Shown here: positions 1 to 7,344 of the stretch, one piece after another
How the letters are laid out: every line of letters begins with the position of its first letter
Numbering within the stretch: the first letter of the stretch is position 1
Assembly: GCA_043732305.1 (NCBI GenBank)
Contig: JAYTHU010000020.1
Span: 1 to 19,087 of the forward strand
Source: Oligoflexia bacterium
Lineage (GTDB): Bacteria > Bdellovibrionota > Bdellovibrionia > JABDDW01
Length of the DNA stretch: 19,087 nucleotides
Direction: 5' to 3'
Made by a program: the position numbers and the translations under genes
The notes under the pieces: model-generated
Database searches by the model: none
What the model saw: the letters and a program-made list of their open reading frames with translations, nothing else
What the model was told of the DNA's origin: nothing

Positions 1-219
1 GAAAGATCCTCCAACGTTGTGGCTACCTCAACCATCTACATATAAATACCGATGATTTATTCTACAAACTGCCGCACCAAGCTTTTTAACGGAGAGCTAT
101 TCAGTTGTGACTTTTATTGGCAAGGCGACTAACAATCTGCGCAGATTTGCATCATTCTCAGGTTTTAATACGCCAAGCCCCGTGCTAGGTTGGCTCAAAT
201 CTTTCAATAGGTAGTACTC

Positions 220-1464
220 ATGAAGCTTCAACTTGCGGCCGCCACAATTTCGCTGATCCTGATCTTGGGTATTCCTGCGTCCACTTTTGCTGGGGATTCC
301 AATATTAAGCCAACCGATTCTCTATGGCTTCGTTCTCGAGCCGCTTGCGAAAAAATCCTCACTTCACTTATGCATATCAATAAAACCGCCACTGAATTCA
401 ATAAGCAGCAACAGGAGCTGTTGGGTTACAGCGCTCCTATGAGTCCGTACGAAATTAGAAGCAAGCAACGTGATTTCTTAGCAGTTTATCATCAAGATGA
501 CAGCGATCCTGAGTATGAAGATCCTAAGCTTGAAAAATTCGTCGCCGTTCCTCAGGAAGCAAGCGCTTCCCTTATCAAAGCTCGAGTGATGATCGTCAAT
601 GATGAAAACGCTGTTGAAGCAACACCAATTATTGCCGGCGAAGTACCACCTGAAAAAGTGAAATCCATCATCGATCTTTTTAGATGGAGACCCGAAGGCG
701 GCAATCACAAAAAAGATAAATTACAAAGTTTTACTCTCAATGGCGAAGTGACAAGCCTCACTGTAAGTCTTGAAAAAACAAAATTTCGCGTGATCACGAC
801 TGCTTCTTCTAAAGCTGAAATACCGCTTCTCCTTGAAGGACAACCTTTGGTGAGAAGAACCAATCCTATTCGAGAACCCAGAGTAGATACCAGTGGCGAT
901 TCATTTTTCCAAAATAAAAGAAATGGCGCTTTTCTTAAAAGAAATGCATTGAGACTTGCTCAAGAGGAATATTCCACTTTTGTACAAATTTGGGAAGGTG
1001 ACCTTGAAACCGGTGAAGTTCACGAATCAAAAATAAGTTTTAGATTAAATGACACTGTGACTTGTACCACCGAAATATTCACTCTATCTAATGGCGACAG
1101 TTATATTTTAGGATTTGCGCCAGCAGATAAAAATCTTTATTTCATGCGCATCAACAAGCCAAAGCTTCAGGTCGAGAGATTTAAAAAGTTAAACGACGTT
1201 ACTTTTAAAATAACTGGTGATCCTATAAATCCTGGGGATCTTGAACAAGAAACAACAGTTCGCCTGGAAACCGATCACACTGGCGATTTAATCTACCTTT
1301 ATGAGGGCGGACGAATTAAAAATCGTTACAATCTAATTCTATCTGTTCCTAAAGACTTAAAAGTAAAAACTCATAATTTCGACGACAGTATGGACCTTGA
1401 TGTTGACCCCGCCGAGGTAAAAGCCCTGGCGACCAAACATTTGATCATGAAAGCTTCATTCTAA
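220..1464 (+). CDS. Secreted hypothetical protein with a degenerate DnaJ-like J-domain (HQD in place of HPD) near the N-terminus
   Basis: 414-aa ORF with a Sec-type signal peptide (MKLQLAAATISLILILGIPASTFA|G). Residues ~66-118 (ELLGYSAPMSPYEIRSKQRDFLAVYHQDDSDP...EKFVAVPQEA) align by eye to the J-domain consensus (EILGV...EIKKAYRKLA..YHPD....EEKF..I.EA). The C-terminal part looks beta-rich and is unassigned. Confidence 0.7.
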   Translation: MKLQLAAATISLILILGIPASTFAGDSNIKPTDSLWLRSRAACEKILTSLMHINKTATEFNKQQQELLGYSAPMSPYEIRSKQRDFLAVYHQDDSDPEYEDPKLEKFVAVPQEASASLIKARVMIVNDENAVEATPIIAGEVPPEKVKSIIDLFRWRPEGGNHKKDKLQSFTLNGEVTSLTVSLEKTKFRVITTASSKAEIPLLLEGQPLVRRTNPIREPRVDTSGDSFFQNKRNGAFLKRNALRLAQEEYSTFVQIWEGDLETGEVHESKISFRLNDTVTCTTEIFTLSNGDSYILGFAPADKNLYFMRINKPKLQVERFKKLNDVTFKITGDPINPGDLEQETTVRLETDHTGDLIYLYEGGRIKNRYNLILSVPKDLKVKTHNFDDSMDLDVDPAEVKALATKHLIMKASF

Positions 1465-1537
1465 GCCTGTAAAATCTTTGGTCTATTGATGTCTAGACTT
1501 TAGTCACCGTCATTTTATTTTAATCCCCACAAAGCTG

Positions 1538-1564
1538 TATAGTTTTGAGCACTTAAGCCGATAA
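1538..1564 (+). promoter_or_regulatory. Sigma28 (FliA)-type promoter for the flp/tad operon
   Basis: TATAGTTT (1538-1545) - 11 nt - GCCGATAA (1557-1564), versus the consensus TAAAGTTT-N11-GCCGATAA: 15/16 match with exact spacing, ~50 nt upstream of the flp ATG. Confidence 0.8.
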
Positions 1565-1617
1565 AGAATTAGCTAGTAGTGTTTTCAAAATTTGAACTAT
1601 GCAAAAGGGGAACGGAA

Positions 1618-1821
1618 ATGAAAAGGGCGCAGAAAAAAACCACCAAAAAAACTCCGCAAAATATTTTAAAAAATCAAAGTGGTCAGGGAATGCTTGAGTA
1701 CATTTTAATTTTAGTTGTCGTGATCGCAATTGCGGGATTGTTTAAAGGCAAAATCGTAGCCGCGATTACTTCATTAACTGATAGCACCAGTACCTCGATT
1801 CAAGGTTTTGGAAATCAATAA
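1618..1821 (+). CDS. flp: Flp family type IVc major pilin
   Basis: Basic leader, then NQSG|QGMLEYILILVVVIAIAG (class III cleavage site, E+5/Y+6 Flp motif) and a hydrophobic helix. ATG 1618 is preferred over GTG 1579 because it has a purine-rich RBS (AAGGGGAACGGAA) and the promoter lies too close to 1579. Confidence 0.9.
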   Translation: MKRAQKKTTKKTPQNILKNQSGQGMLEYILILVVVIAIAGLFKGKIVAAITSLTDSTSTSIQGFGNQ

Positions 1822-1843
1822 TATTTAGAGGAAAGGAAGTTTT

Positions 1844-2074
1844 ATGAATGCGGCTGGGCAAGCCTTGACAGAATTGATTATTTTGCTCGCCATATTTGTG
1901 GTCTTGCTTTCGAGCTTGGCTAAAAATCTTCCTATCACTTTGAAAGACACAACTCCGTACTTGAATGGACAAGTGGAAGCCCGACTTCAAACCGGAGTAG
2001 GTTTTGCCAAAACAGGTGGGCAAGGAACTTGGAGTCCATCCATTGGACCTAAGGGCGGAATAAAAGATGAGTAA
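1844..2074 (+). CDS. TadE-like minor pilin/pseudopilin
   Basis: 76 aa; AAG|QALTELIILLAIFVVLL class III signal with E+5; purine-rich RBS region (GAGGAAAGGAAG); inside the tad operon. Confidence 0.75.
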   Translation: MNAAGQALTELIILLAIFVVLLSSLAKNLPITLKDTTPYLNGQVEARLQTGVGFAKTGGQGTWSPSIGPKGGIKDE

Positions 2075-2324
2075 TACTATCTTTGGTTCAAAGCAAAAAG
2101 GCCAAGCCACTCTTGAGATTTTACTCATTGGTGTTATTGGACTCATGATTTGGAGCGCTATGAGTACAGGATTAAAAAAGTCTGGGGCTTTCCAAACAGT
2201 CTTCGGAGATCCTTGGACGAGATTAATAAATGTTGTTGAATTTGGGGTGCCTTCGGATAAACAGAATCTTGGGGCAATACATCCAGCAAATCCAAACCGT
2301 CATTCTACAAGGAAAAGACTATGA
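2067..2324 (+). CDS. TadE-like minor pilin/pseudopilin
   Basis: 85 aa; QKG|QATLEILLIGVIGLMIW class III signal; overlaps the previous gene by 8 nt. Confidence 0.75.
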   Translation: MSNTIFGSKQKGQATLEILLIGVIGLMIWSAMSTGLKKSGAFQTVFGDPWTRLINVVEFGVPSDKQNLGAIHPANPNRHSTRKRL

Positions 2325-2968
2325 GAGCTGTAAAAGCTCCTAAAATTTTGGATCCGATGAATCGAATAAAGTCTGAATCAGGACAACTGACTTTGGATTT
2401 TCTCTTCGCTTGCGTTTTAATCATGAGCACTGCAGGGCTGGTGAGTGTGCTTTGCATTGGTTTGACCTTGGCGGAAGTGGTTCAGTATGTGACCTTTAGC
2501 GGGTCACGATCCTATTTTGCGGGAGATACAACTGTCGCAAATCAAGTGCAGGCAGCGGGTGGACAAGCACAATCGCTTATCAATAACCTTCCGTTTTTAA
2601 ACGGTGCCATTAAAAACAACTGGATCAATGTGAACATCACCGGAGCCCAAGATTATAAAACTTACGCACTTAGTAAGGGTGCCGATGACACCCAATTTCC
2701 TGATAAATTTCAATTTGTAGGTTATCAAATTATAGTTAAATTTCGTCTTCTGACCTTCAAATTTCCTTTGTTTGGGGACATGGTTCAATCACCGACTGGT
2801 GAACCTGTTCAAGCTACCGTTGGTAGTTACATCATGCGGGAACCGGCGACCGAGGAATGCACTACTCTAATGAATGCAGTTTACGGAATTTTGCTTAGTA
2901 AGGGCTATTCAGGCGGCGGAATCACTGCTGGCGGTGGATTTGCTCCAACGGTGGACAACGGATGTTAA
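2321..2968 (+). CDS. TadE/TadG-like pseudopilin (Asp at +5)
   Basis: 215 aa; ESG|QLTLDFLFACVLIM, followed by a TadE-like segment (VVQYVTFSGSRSY); C-terminal Cys pair (EECT...DNGC); ATGA overlap with the previous stop. Confidence 0.75.
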   Translation: MRAVKAPKILDPMNRIKSESGQLTLDFLFACVLIMSTAGLVSVLCIGLTLAEVVQYVTFSGSRSYFAGDTTVANQVQAAGGQAQSLINNLPFLNGAIKNNWINVNITGAQDYKTYALSKGADDTQFPDKFQFVGYQIIVKFRLLTFKFPLFGDMVQSPTGEPVQATVGSYIMREPATEECTTLMNAVYGILLSKGYSGGGITAGGGFAPTVDNGC

Positions 2969-3450
2969 AAACAAAATCTATTAAAATTAATTTAAATTTT
3001 TCTAAAAACGACCGTGGATACGCGGCGGTAGAAGCAATCATGTTTTTGGTCGCGTTTATGGCCATGGCTGTTTATGCCATCGATTATTATGCTGCTATTC
3101 AAACCGGAATATTAGGTTCGATCGAAGCGCGTGCCTATCTTTTCGAAACTGTGAGACATAGGCCCAATGTGGACTATCTTCGTCGTGATCGCAGCGCCGA
3201 ACTTCAATTTGCAAATACCGTTCAGGGTCATGAGCGTATTCATATGATAACCGATGAATCTCTCCCAGAGAACAATATCACACAGATTCCTGCGGTCGGA
3301 CGAACTATCACGCAAGCTGATTCGAGTTTTAGAAATCAGGGCAACGTGGGTGTTGGAAAACTGGGATTCGCAGAAGAACAAAAGACATCAACAATTTACG
3401 TTAAGTCGGGTTACGGAATTTGTACGGACGCGCAATGCGCGCAAGATTAA
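2962..3450 (+). CDS. TadE-like pseudopilin
   Basis: 162 aa; DRG|YAAVEAIMFLVAFMAM class III signal with E+5; IEARAY TadE-like segment; C-terminal GICTDAQC Cys pair. Confidence 0.75.
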   Translation: MLKTKSIKINLNFSKNDRGYAAVEAIMFLVAFMAMAVYAIDYYAAIQTGILGSIEARAYLFETVRHRPNVDYLRRDRSAELQFANTVQGHERIHMITDESLPENNITQIPAVGRTITQADSSFRNQGNVGVGKLGFAEEQKTSTIYVKSGYGICTDAQCAQD

Positions 3451-3465
3451 AAGGGGCAGGGGAAA

Positions 3466-4362
3466 ATGCAAGGGACTAATCCTAAGACATTTTGGCTATC
3501 GCTGGGATGCGCAATGTTTGCTATGTTTCTGATTTATAGTTACACCCAAGAGCAAAAAGCAACCTACGATAAAAAATACGGAACCACAAAATCCGTACTT
3601 GTCGCCACTAAAGACATCATGGAAATGCAAACTTTGGATGAGACAATGGTGTCTCAAACAGAAATGCCCGTCGATTTCATGCAGCCCGCTGTGGTGGAAA
3701 ATCCTGACGATGCCATTGGCTTAGTTTCGGCAACCCCTATCAAAAAAGGTGAACAAATCTTATTTACTAAACTTTTATCCCCGGGAGCACATACCGGTCT
3801 TTCTTTGCAGGTGGCGCCGGACAAACGTGCGGTTTCTATTCCTGTGGACGAAGTCCGTGGAGTTGGAAAACTCATCAGACCGGGAGACCGTATTGATGTT
3901 TTGACAAGCATCAGTTACGGCGATGCTAAAACAGAACGTCGTGAAGTTAAGACCTTGCTCCAAGATGTATTGGTTTTAGCGACGGGCTTAAATGTAACTA
4001 ATAATATTCCTCGTGCCTTGCAACTTGACGCGGTTAACGGAAAACCTGCTTATAAAAATCTAAACGGTGACACGGGTTATGCTACTATCACTTTGGAAGT
4101 TTCTCCGAAAGAAGCCCAAAATCTTACTTACATTTCCAGTGTGGCTCCAGGTTCAATCTTTCTTACGCTTAGAAATTCAAACGACAAAACAGTAAATCGT
4201 ATTCCAACGAGTACTATTGATTCTGTGCTCGGAGTCGACAGTGAAAAAGCTATGCAAATAAAATTGCTACAAATGCAAAAGGCTCCAGTCGTTCCGTCGA
4301 AACCAAGAGGCCCGTCTTTTATTGAAATGCGTGGCAGTGATGCTAAATTTAACGGTAATTGA
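3466..4362 (+). CDS. cpaB: Flp pilus assembly protein CpaB/RcpC (SAF + RcpC domains)
   Basis: N-terminal TM, SAF-like VLVATKDI...PIKKGEQI, RcpC motif KRAVSIPVDEVRGVGKLIRPGDRIDVL...LLQDVLVLA...TITLEVSPKEAQ.L...LTLRN. Confidence 0.93.
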   Translation: MQGTNPKTFWLSLGCAMFAMFLIYSYTQEQKATYDKKYGTTKSVLVATKDIMEMQTLDETMVSQTEMPVDFMQPAVVENPDDAIGLVSATPIKKGEQILFTKLLSPGAHTGLSLQVAPDKRAVSIPVDEVRGVGKLIRPGDRIDVLTSISYGDAKTERREVKTLLQDVLVLATGLNVTNNIPRALQLDAVNGKPAYKNLNGDTGYATITLEVSPKEAQNLTYISSVAPGSIFLTLRNSNDKTVNRIPTSTIDSVLGVDSEKAMQIKLLQMQKAPVVPSKPRGPSFIEMRGSDAKFNGN

Positions 4363-4373
4363 GAGGGAATCAA

Positions 4374-5852
4374 ATGGAATTTAGAAAATTTCTAAATATA
4401 GGCACGGTCGCCTTTTTGATTTTGGCCTCTTTGCCAGTCTTGGCAAAATCAAAAACTAATTATCTCACTCTCACGTTGGGACTAACAAAAGAAGAGCACG
4501 TTGCAAACATGCCGGACTCACTCAGTGAAGATCCTAGCTACAATAAAAATGTGGTGAAGATTTCTATTGCCAAAGAGTTGAAAACCATTCGCTTTGAACC
4601 TACTGGTCCCGGCAAAACTAATTTTACTTTAAGAAATGCTGCTGGCTCCGTGGTGACCGAGTATATTATAATCGTCAGAAAAAATGATCTTGGTAATGTC
4701 ATGAACCAAATTCGTGATGCACTTAAAGACATCGAAGGTATTAATTTTAGAATCATGAACAACAAAGTCGTGGTTGATGGAGAAATACTTTTGCCCCGCG
4801 ATATGAACCGTATTTTTAATGTGGTCACTCAATTTGGTGATGCTGCTTCAAGTTTGGTGGTTATGAGTCCCCTCGCGCAAAAGAAAATAGCGGAGATGAT
4901 CGAAAAAGATATCGGAAATCCTGAAATTCATGTGCGCGCCGTGAATGAAAAATTCTTGCTTGAAGGCGTGGCCGGTAATGAAGCAGAAAAAATTAAAGCT
5001 GAAATCATTGCTAAAACCTATGTGCCAGACGTGGTTGTCGAGGCTGCTGAATCTGCTGGAGTGGTTAAAAAGCGTAAAATCGATTCTGTTATTAATCTGC
5101 TTGCGGTCAAACCTCCCGCAGAACAACCTCCAACTAAAACCATAAAATTAATTGTTCATTATGTTGAGCTCCAAAAAGACTACAACAAGAGTTTTAAATT
5201 TCAGTGGGCTCCTTCGCTTAAGGACGATTCTGGTCTTCAGTTTAGTGCCACCAATTCAAGTGCGGCGGGTGGATTCATTTCTACTCTCACGGGAACCATT
5301 AGCAATTTGCTTCCATCTTTAAACTTTGCAAAAGCCCACGGTTTTGCTCGAGTGCTGAAAAGTTCTAGTGTGATCGTAGAAGATGGTAGCCCTGGCGTGA
5401 TCAGGTCAATCACGCGCGTGCCATACAGCGTTCAAAATCAATACGGCCAACTTTCGACTGCCTTTGAAGAAGCAGGTATAGACACCAACATCACCCCGCG
5501 TGTGGTTAATGCGAAATCTGACCGAGTCGCAATGACGGTGACTTTCAGTTTAAAAAGTTTAATAGGACAAACGGAGAAAGGCCCTCTCATTAGTAACAAC
5601 ACCATTCAGACTCGCGTGACGGTGCGTAGCAATCAGAGCGCAGCAATCGGCGGGCTTGTAGGAAATGATTCTAGTACTGGTTTTAATCGGTTGCCGTCTA
5701 CGGCTAATTCAAATCCTATTTTCTCTCTTCTTGCGAGCAAGCAATTTCAGCATAATCAAAGTCAATTCGTAGTTTTCATCACTCCGGTGATTATGAATTC
5801 TGCGAGTGAAGGCTCTGACGAAATCAAAAAGAAATTTAGACTCAAACAGTGA
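4374..5852 (+). CDS. cpaC: Tad secretin CpaC/RcpA with N-terminal pilus-formation and BON-like domains
   Basis: Signal peptide; N-domain (GPGKTNFTL); two BON-like segments (IMNNKVVVDGEI, RAVNEKFLLEGVA); secretin motifs (FEEAGIDTNITPRV, IQTRVTVRSNQSAAIGGL, SKQFQHNQSQFVVFITPVI). ATG 4374 has an RBS (GAGGGA); the ORF track starts at TTG 4359. Confidence 0.88.
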   Translation: MEFRKFLNIGTVAFLILASLPVLAKSKTNYLTLTLGLTKEEHVANMPDSLSEDPSYNKNVVKISIAKELKTIRFEPTGPGKTNFTLRNAAGSVVTEYIIIVRKNDLGNVMNQIRDALKDIEGINFRIMNNKVVVDGEILLPRDMNRIFNVVTQFGDAASSLVVMSPLAQKKIAEMIEKDIGNPEIHVRAVNEKFLLEGVAGNEAEKIKAEIIAKTYVPDVVVEAAESAGVVKKRKIDSVINLLAVKPPAEQPPTKTIKLIVHYVELQKDYNKSFKFQWAPSLKDDSGLQFSATNSSAAGGFISTLTGTISNLLPSLNFAKAHGFARVLKSSSVIVEDGSPGVIRSITRVPYSVQNQYGQLSTAFEEAGIDTNITPRVVNAKSDRVAMTVTFSLKSLIGQTEKGPLISNNTIQTRVTVRSNQSAAIGGLVGNDSSTGFNRLPSTANSNPIFSLLASKQFQHNQSQFVVFITPVIMNSASEGSDEIKKKFRLKQ

Positions 5853-7318
5853 GCAACATGGGGATACGCACAATCCTTGTGATTATTTCCATTTTCAGCA
5901 CTTTACGCGTGTTTGCCGATTGCTCTGATAGCGATTTAGATTTGCTTAAGGAGCGCGTGAAATGTGGAAACGGAAACTCTCCCGCGAACTGCGAAAATAT
6001 TCTTAATTATGATTCCGCGGCTGGTGGACTTTTCCTGATGGGAAGACTCGGAAAGCTCAATCCCAAGGCTCAAGCATTTTACGAGTATTTCAAGAACCTC
6101 AGGATTGTAGATATAAAACTCGATTCATCTTATAAAAAAGCACTCGAAGTTTTTTATGAGCTGAAAAAGAAATCTTCTCTTCCTAATTTTGAAAAGCCAC
6201 GTGGGGAATTTTATTACGAAGATTATTTGAAGCTTAAATCAGAAATGAATGCTGATCCTCGGTTGAAGGGAAATTATTTTCTCGAAAAATTCAACGACTA
6301 TGGTCATGGGAAATCAAATGACATTTTCCAACGGACGGTGATGTACGCGTGTGAACATTCGAAAGAATCTTTTAGGAAAATTGGAATCGAAAACCCTGCT
6401 GAAATAGTTGTTAAAGAGACGATGTTTCATATGGTTGATTCAATGGGATACTCCTTGGGAAGAATGCAAAAAATTTATCAAACAGTTTCCCGTGAGTCTG
6501 GATATCCAGAAAATGCGGACGTCCAAATGTTGTCTGCAAAACAAGATTTAGTCGAACTCGCCCGCGAAAAACGCATCAAGCAAACAAGAATAATGAGAGA
6601 CATGAATGCCGCCGAAGCTAAATCAATGAAATCATTCGACGTGATTGGCGGAGCCATGGCGGTGTCTCAAATTACAAATACGATGGCGACCCATTACGTT
6701 GTTAGTCACTGCGCTGAAAAATGGGGTGTGCCGCTGCAAGAAAGCGAAGTTATGGCACTCACTCAATCAATGGATATGCGTTCTGGCATTTCCAGTTTGG
6801 GTGATTGTAGAAAACTTGGTTTCACAAATTCCGTGGCCGCGATTTTGGAAAAGAATCTTTCAGCTCCCATGCGTAGTTTCATGTGCAAGATGGTCGGAAA
6901 ATATAATGCAGAACAAGAAAAGCAATTGTCAGATGGAGTGATTGATCAGATCAATAACAACCCAACTTGTCAGAATAGTTGGCCAGTGAAGACATCAATG
7001 GGCAACGTCACCGTTGAAATTAATAGCTTGAGCGAATGGGTATACGAAAGGTTTCATGCCTCCGACGATCGACTCAACAATTACATGAAGGATAAATTCG
7101 GCCCTATGGCAGACCCGCATCAGTTTCCGTTGAGATTGAGTCCTCAGAATGCCTGCCCATTGGAAACTCCTCAGTCTTACGAGGCCAAAGCTATTTGTGA
7201 TTTGTCCAAAGAACTCTCGACGTACGGCCAGCTCGCGACTGCGCATAAGTTGATGTGTGCCGTTCCCGATGACAAAAGTCTCGCCGGGAAACCGGGCTCC
7301 AGCTCACGCCTTCAGTAG
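5849..7318 (+). CDS. Secreted Cys-rich hypothetical protein inserted within the tad operon
   Basis: 489-aa ORF; GTG overlaps the secretin stop (GTGA), with an alternative ATG at 5858; signal peptide ...IFSTLRVFA|D; 11 Cys; no family recognised. Confidence 0.75.
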   Translation: MSNMGIRTILVIISIFSTLRVFADCSDSDLDLLKERVKCGNGNSPANCENILNYDSAAGGLFLMGRLGKLNPKAQAFYEYFKNLRIVDIKLDSSYKKALEVFYELKKKSSLPNFEKPRGEFYYEDYLKLKSEMNADPRLKGNYFLEKFNDYGHGKSNDIFQRTVMYACEHSKESFRKIGIENPAEIVVKETMFHMVDSMGYSLGRMQKIYQTVSRESGYPENADVQMLSAKQDLVELAREKRIKQTRIMRDMNAAEAKSMKSFDVIGGAMAVSQITNTMATHYVVSHCAEKWGVPLQESEVMALTQSMDMRSGISSLGDCRKLGFTNSVAAILEKNLSAPMRSFMCKMVGKYNAEQEKQLSDGVIDQINNNPTCQNSWPVKTSMGNVTVEINSLSEWVYERFHASDDRLNNYMKDKFGPMADPHQFPLRLSPQNACPLETPQSYEAKAICDLSKELSTYGQLATAHKLMCAVPDDKSLAGKPGSSSRLQ

Positions 7319-7344
7319 CCGATCTAGAAGTTAGGAGTAATAAA

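Noticed and set aside
3..89. Open frame KILQRCGYLNHLHINTDDLFYKLPHQAF* at the window start
   Set aside because: May be the 3' end of an upstream gene, but it is too short and unrecognisable to call.
191..206. TGGCTCAAATCTTTCA, a sigma54-like element before the first ORF
   Set aside because: Several mismatches including the -12 GC, and the start would be nearly leaderless; insufficient support.
7298..7325. GCCGATCT, a sigma28 -10-like element before tadA
   Set aside because: No acceptable -35 at the correct spacing; an internal promoter cannot be excluded.
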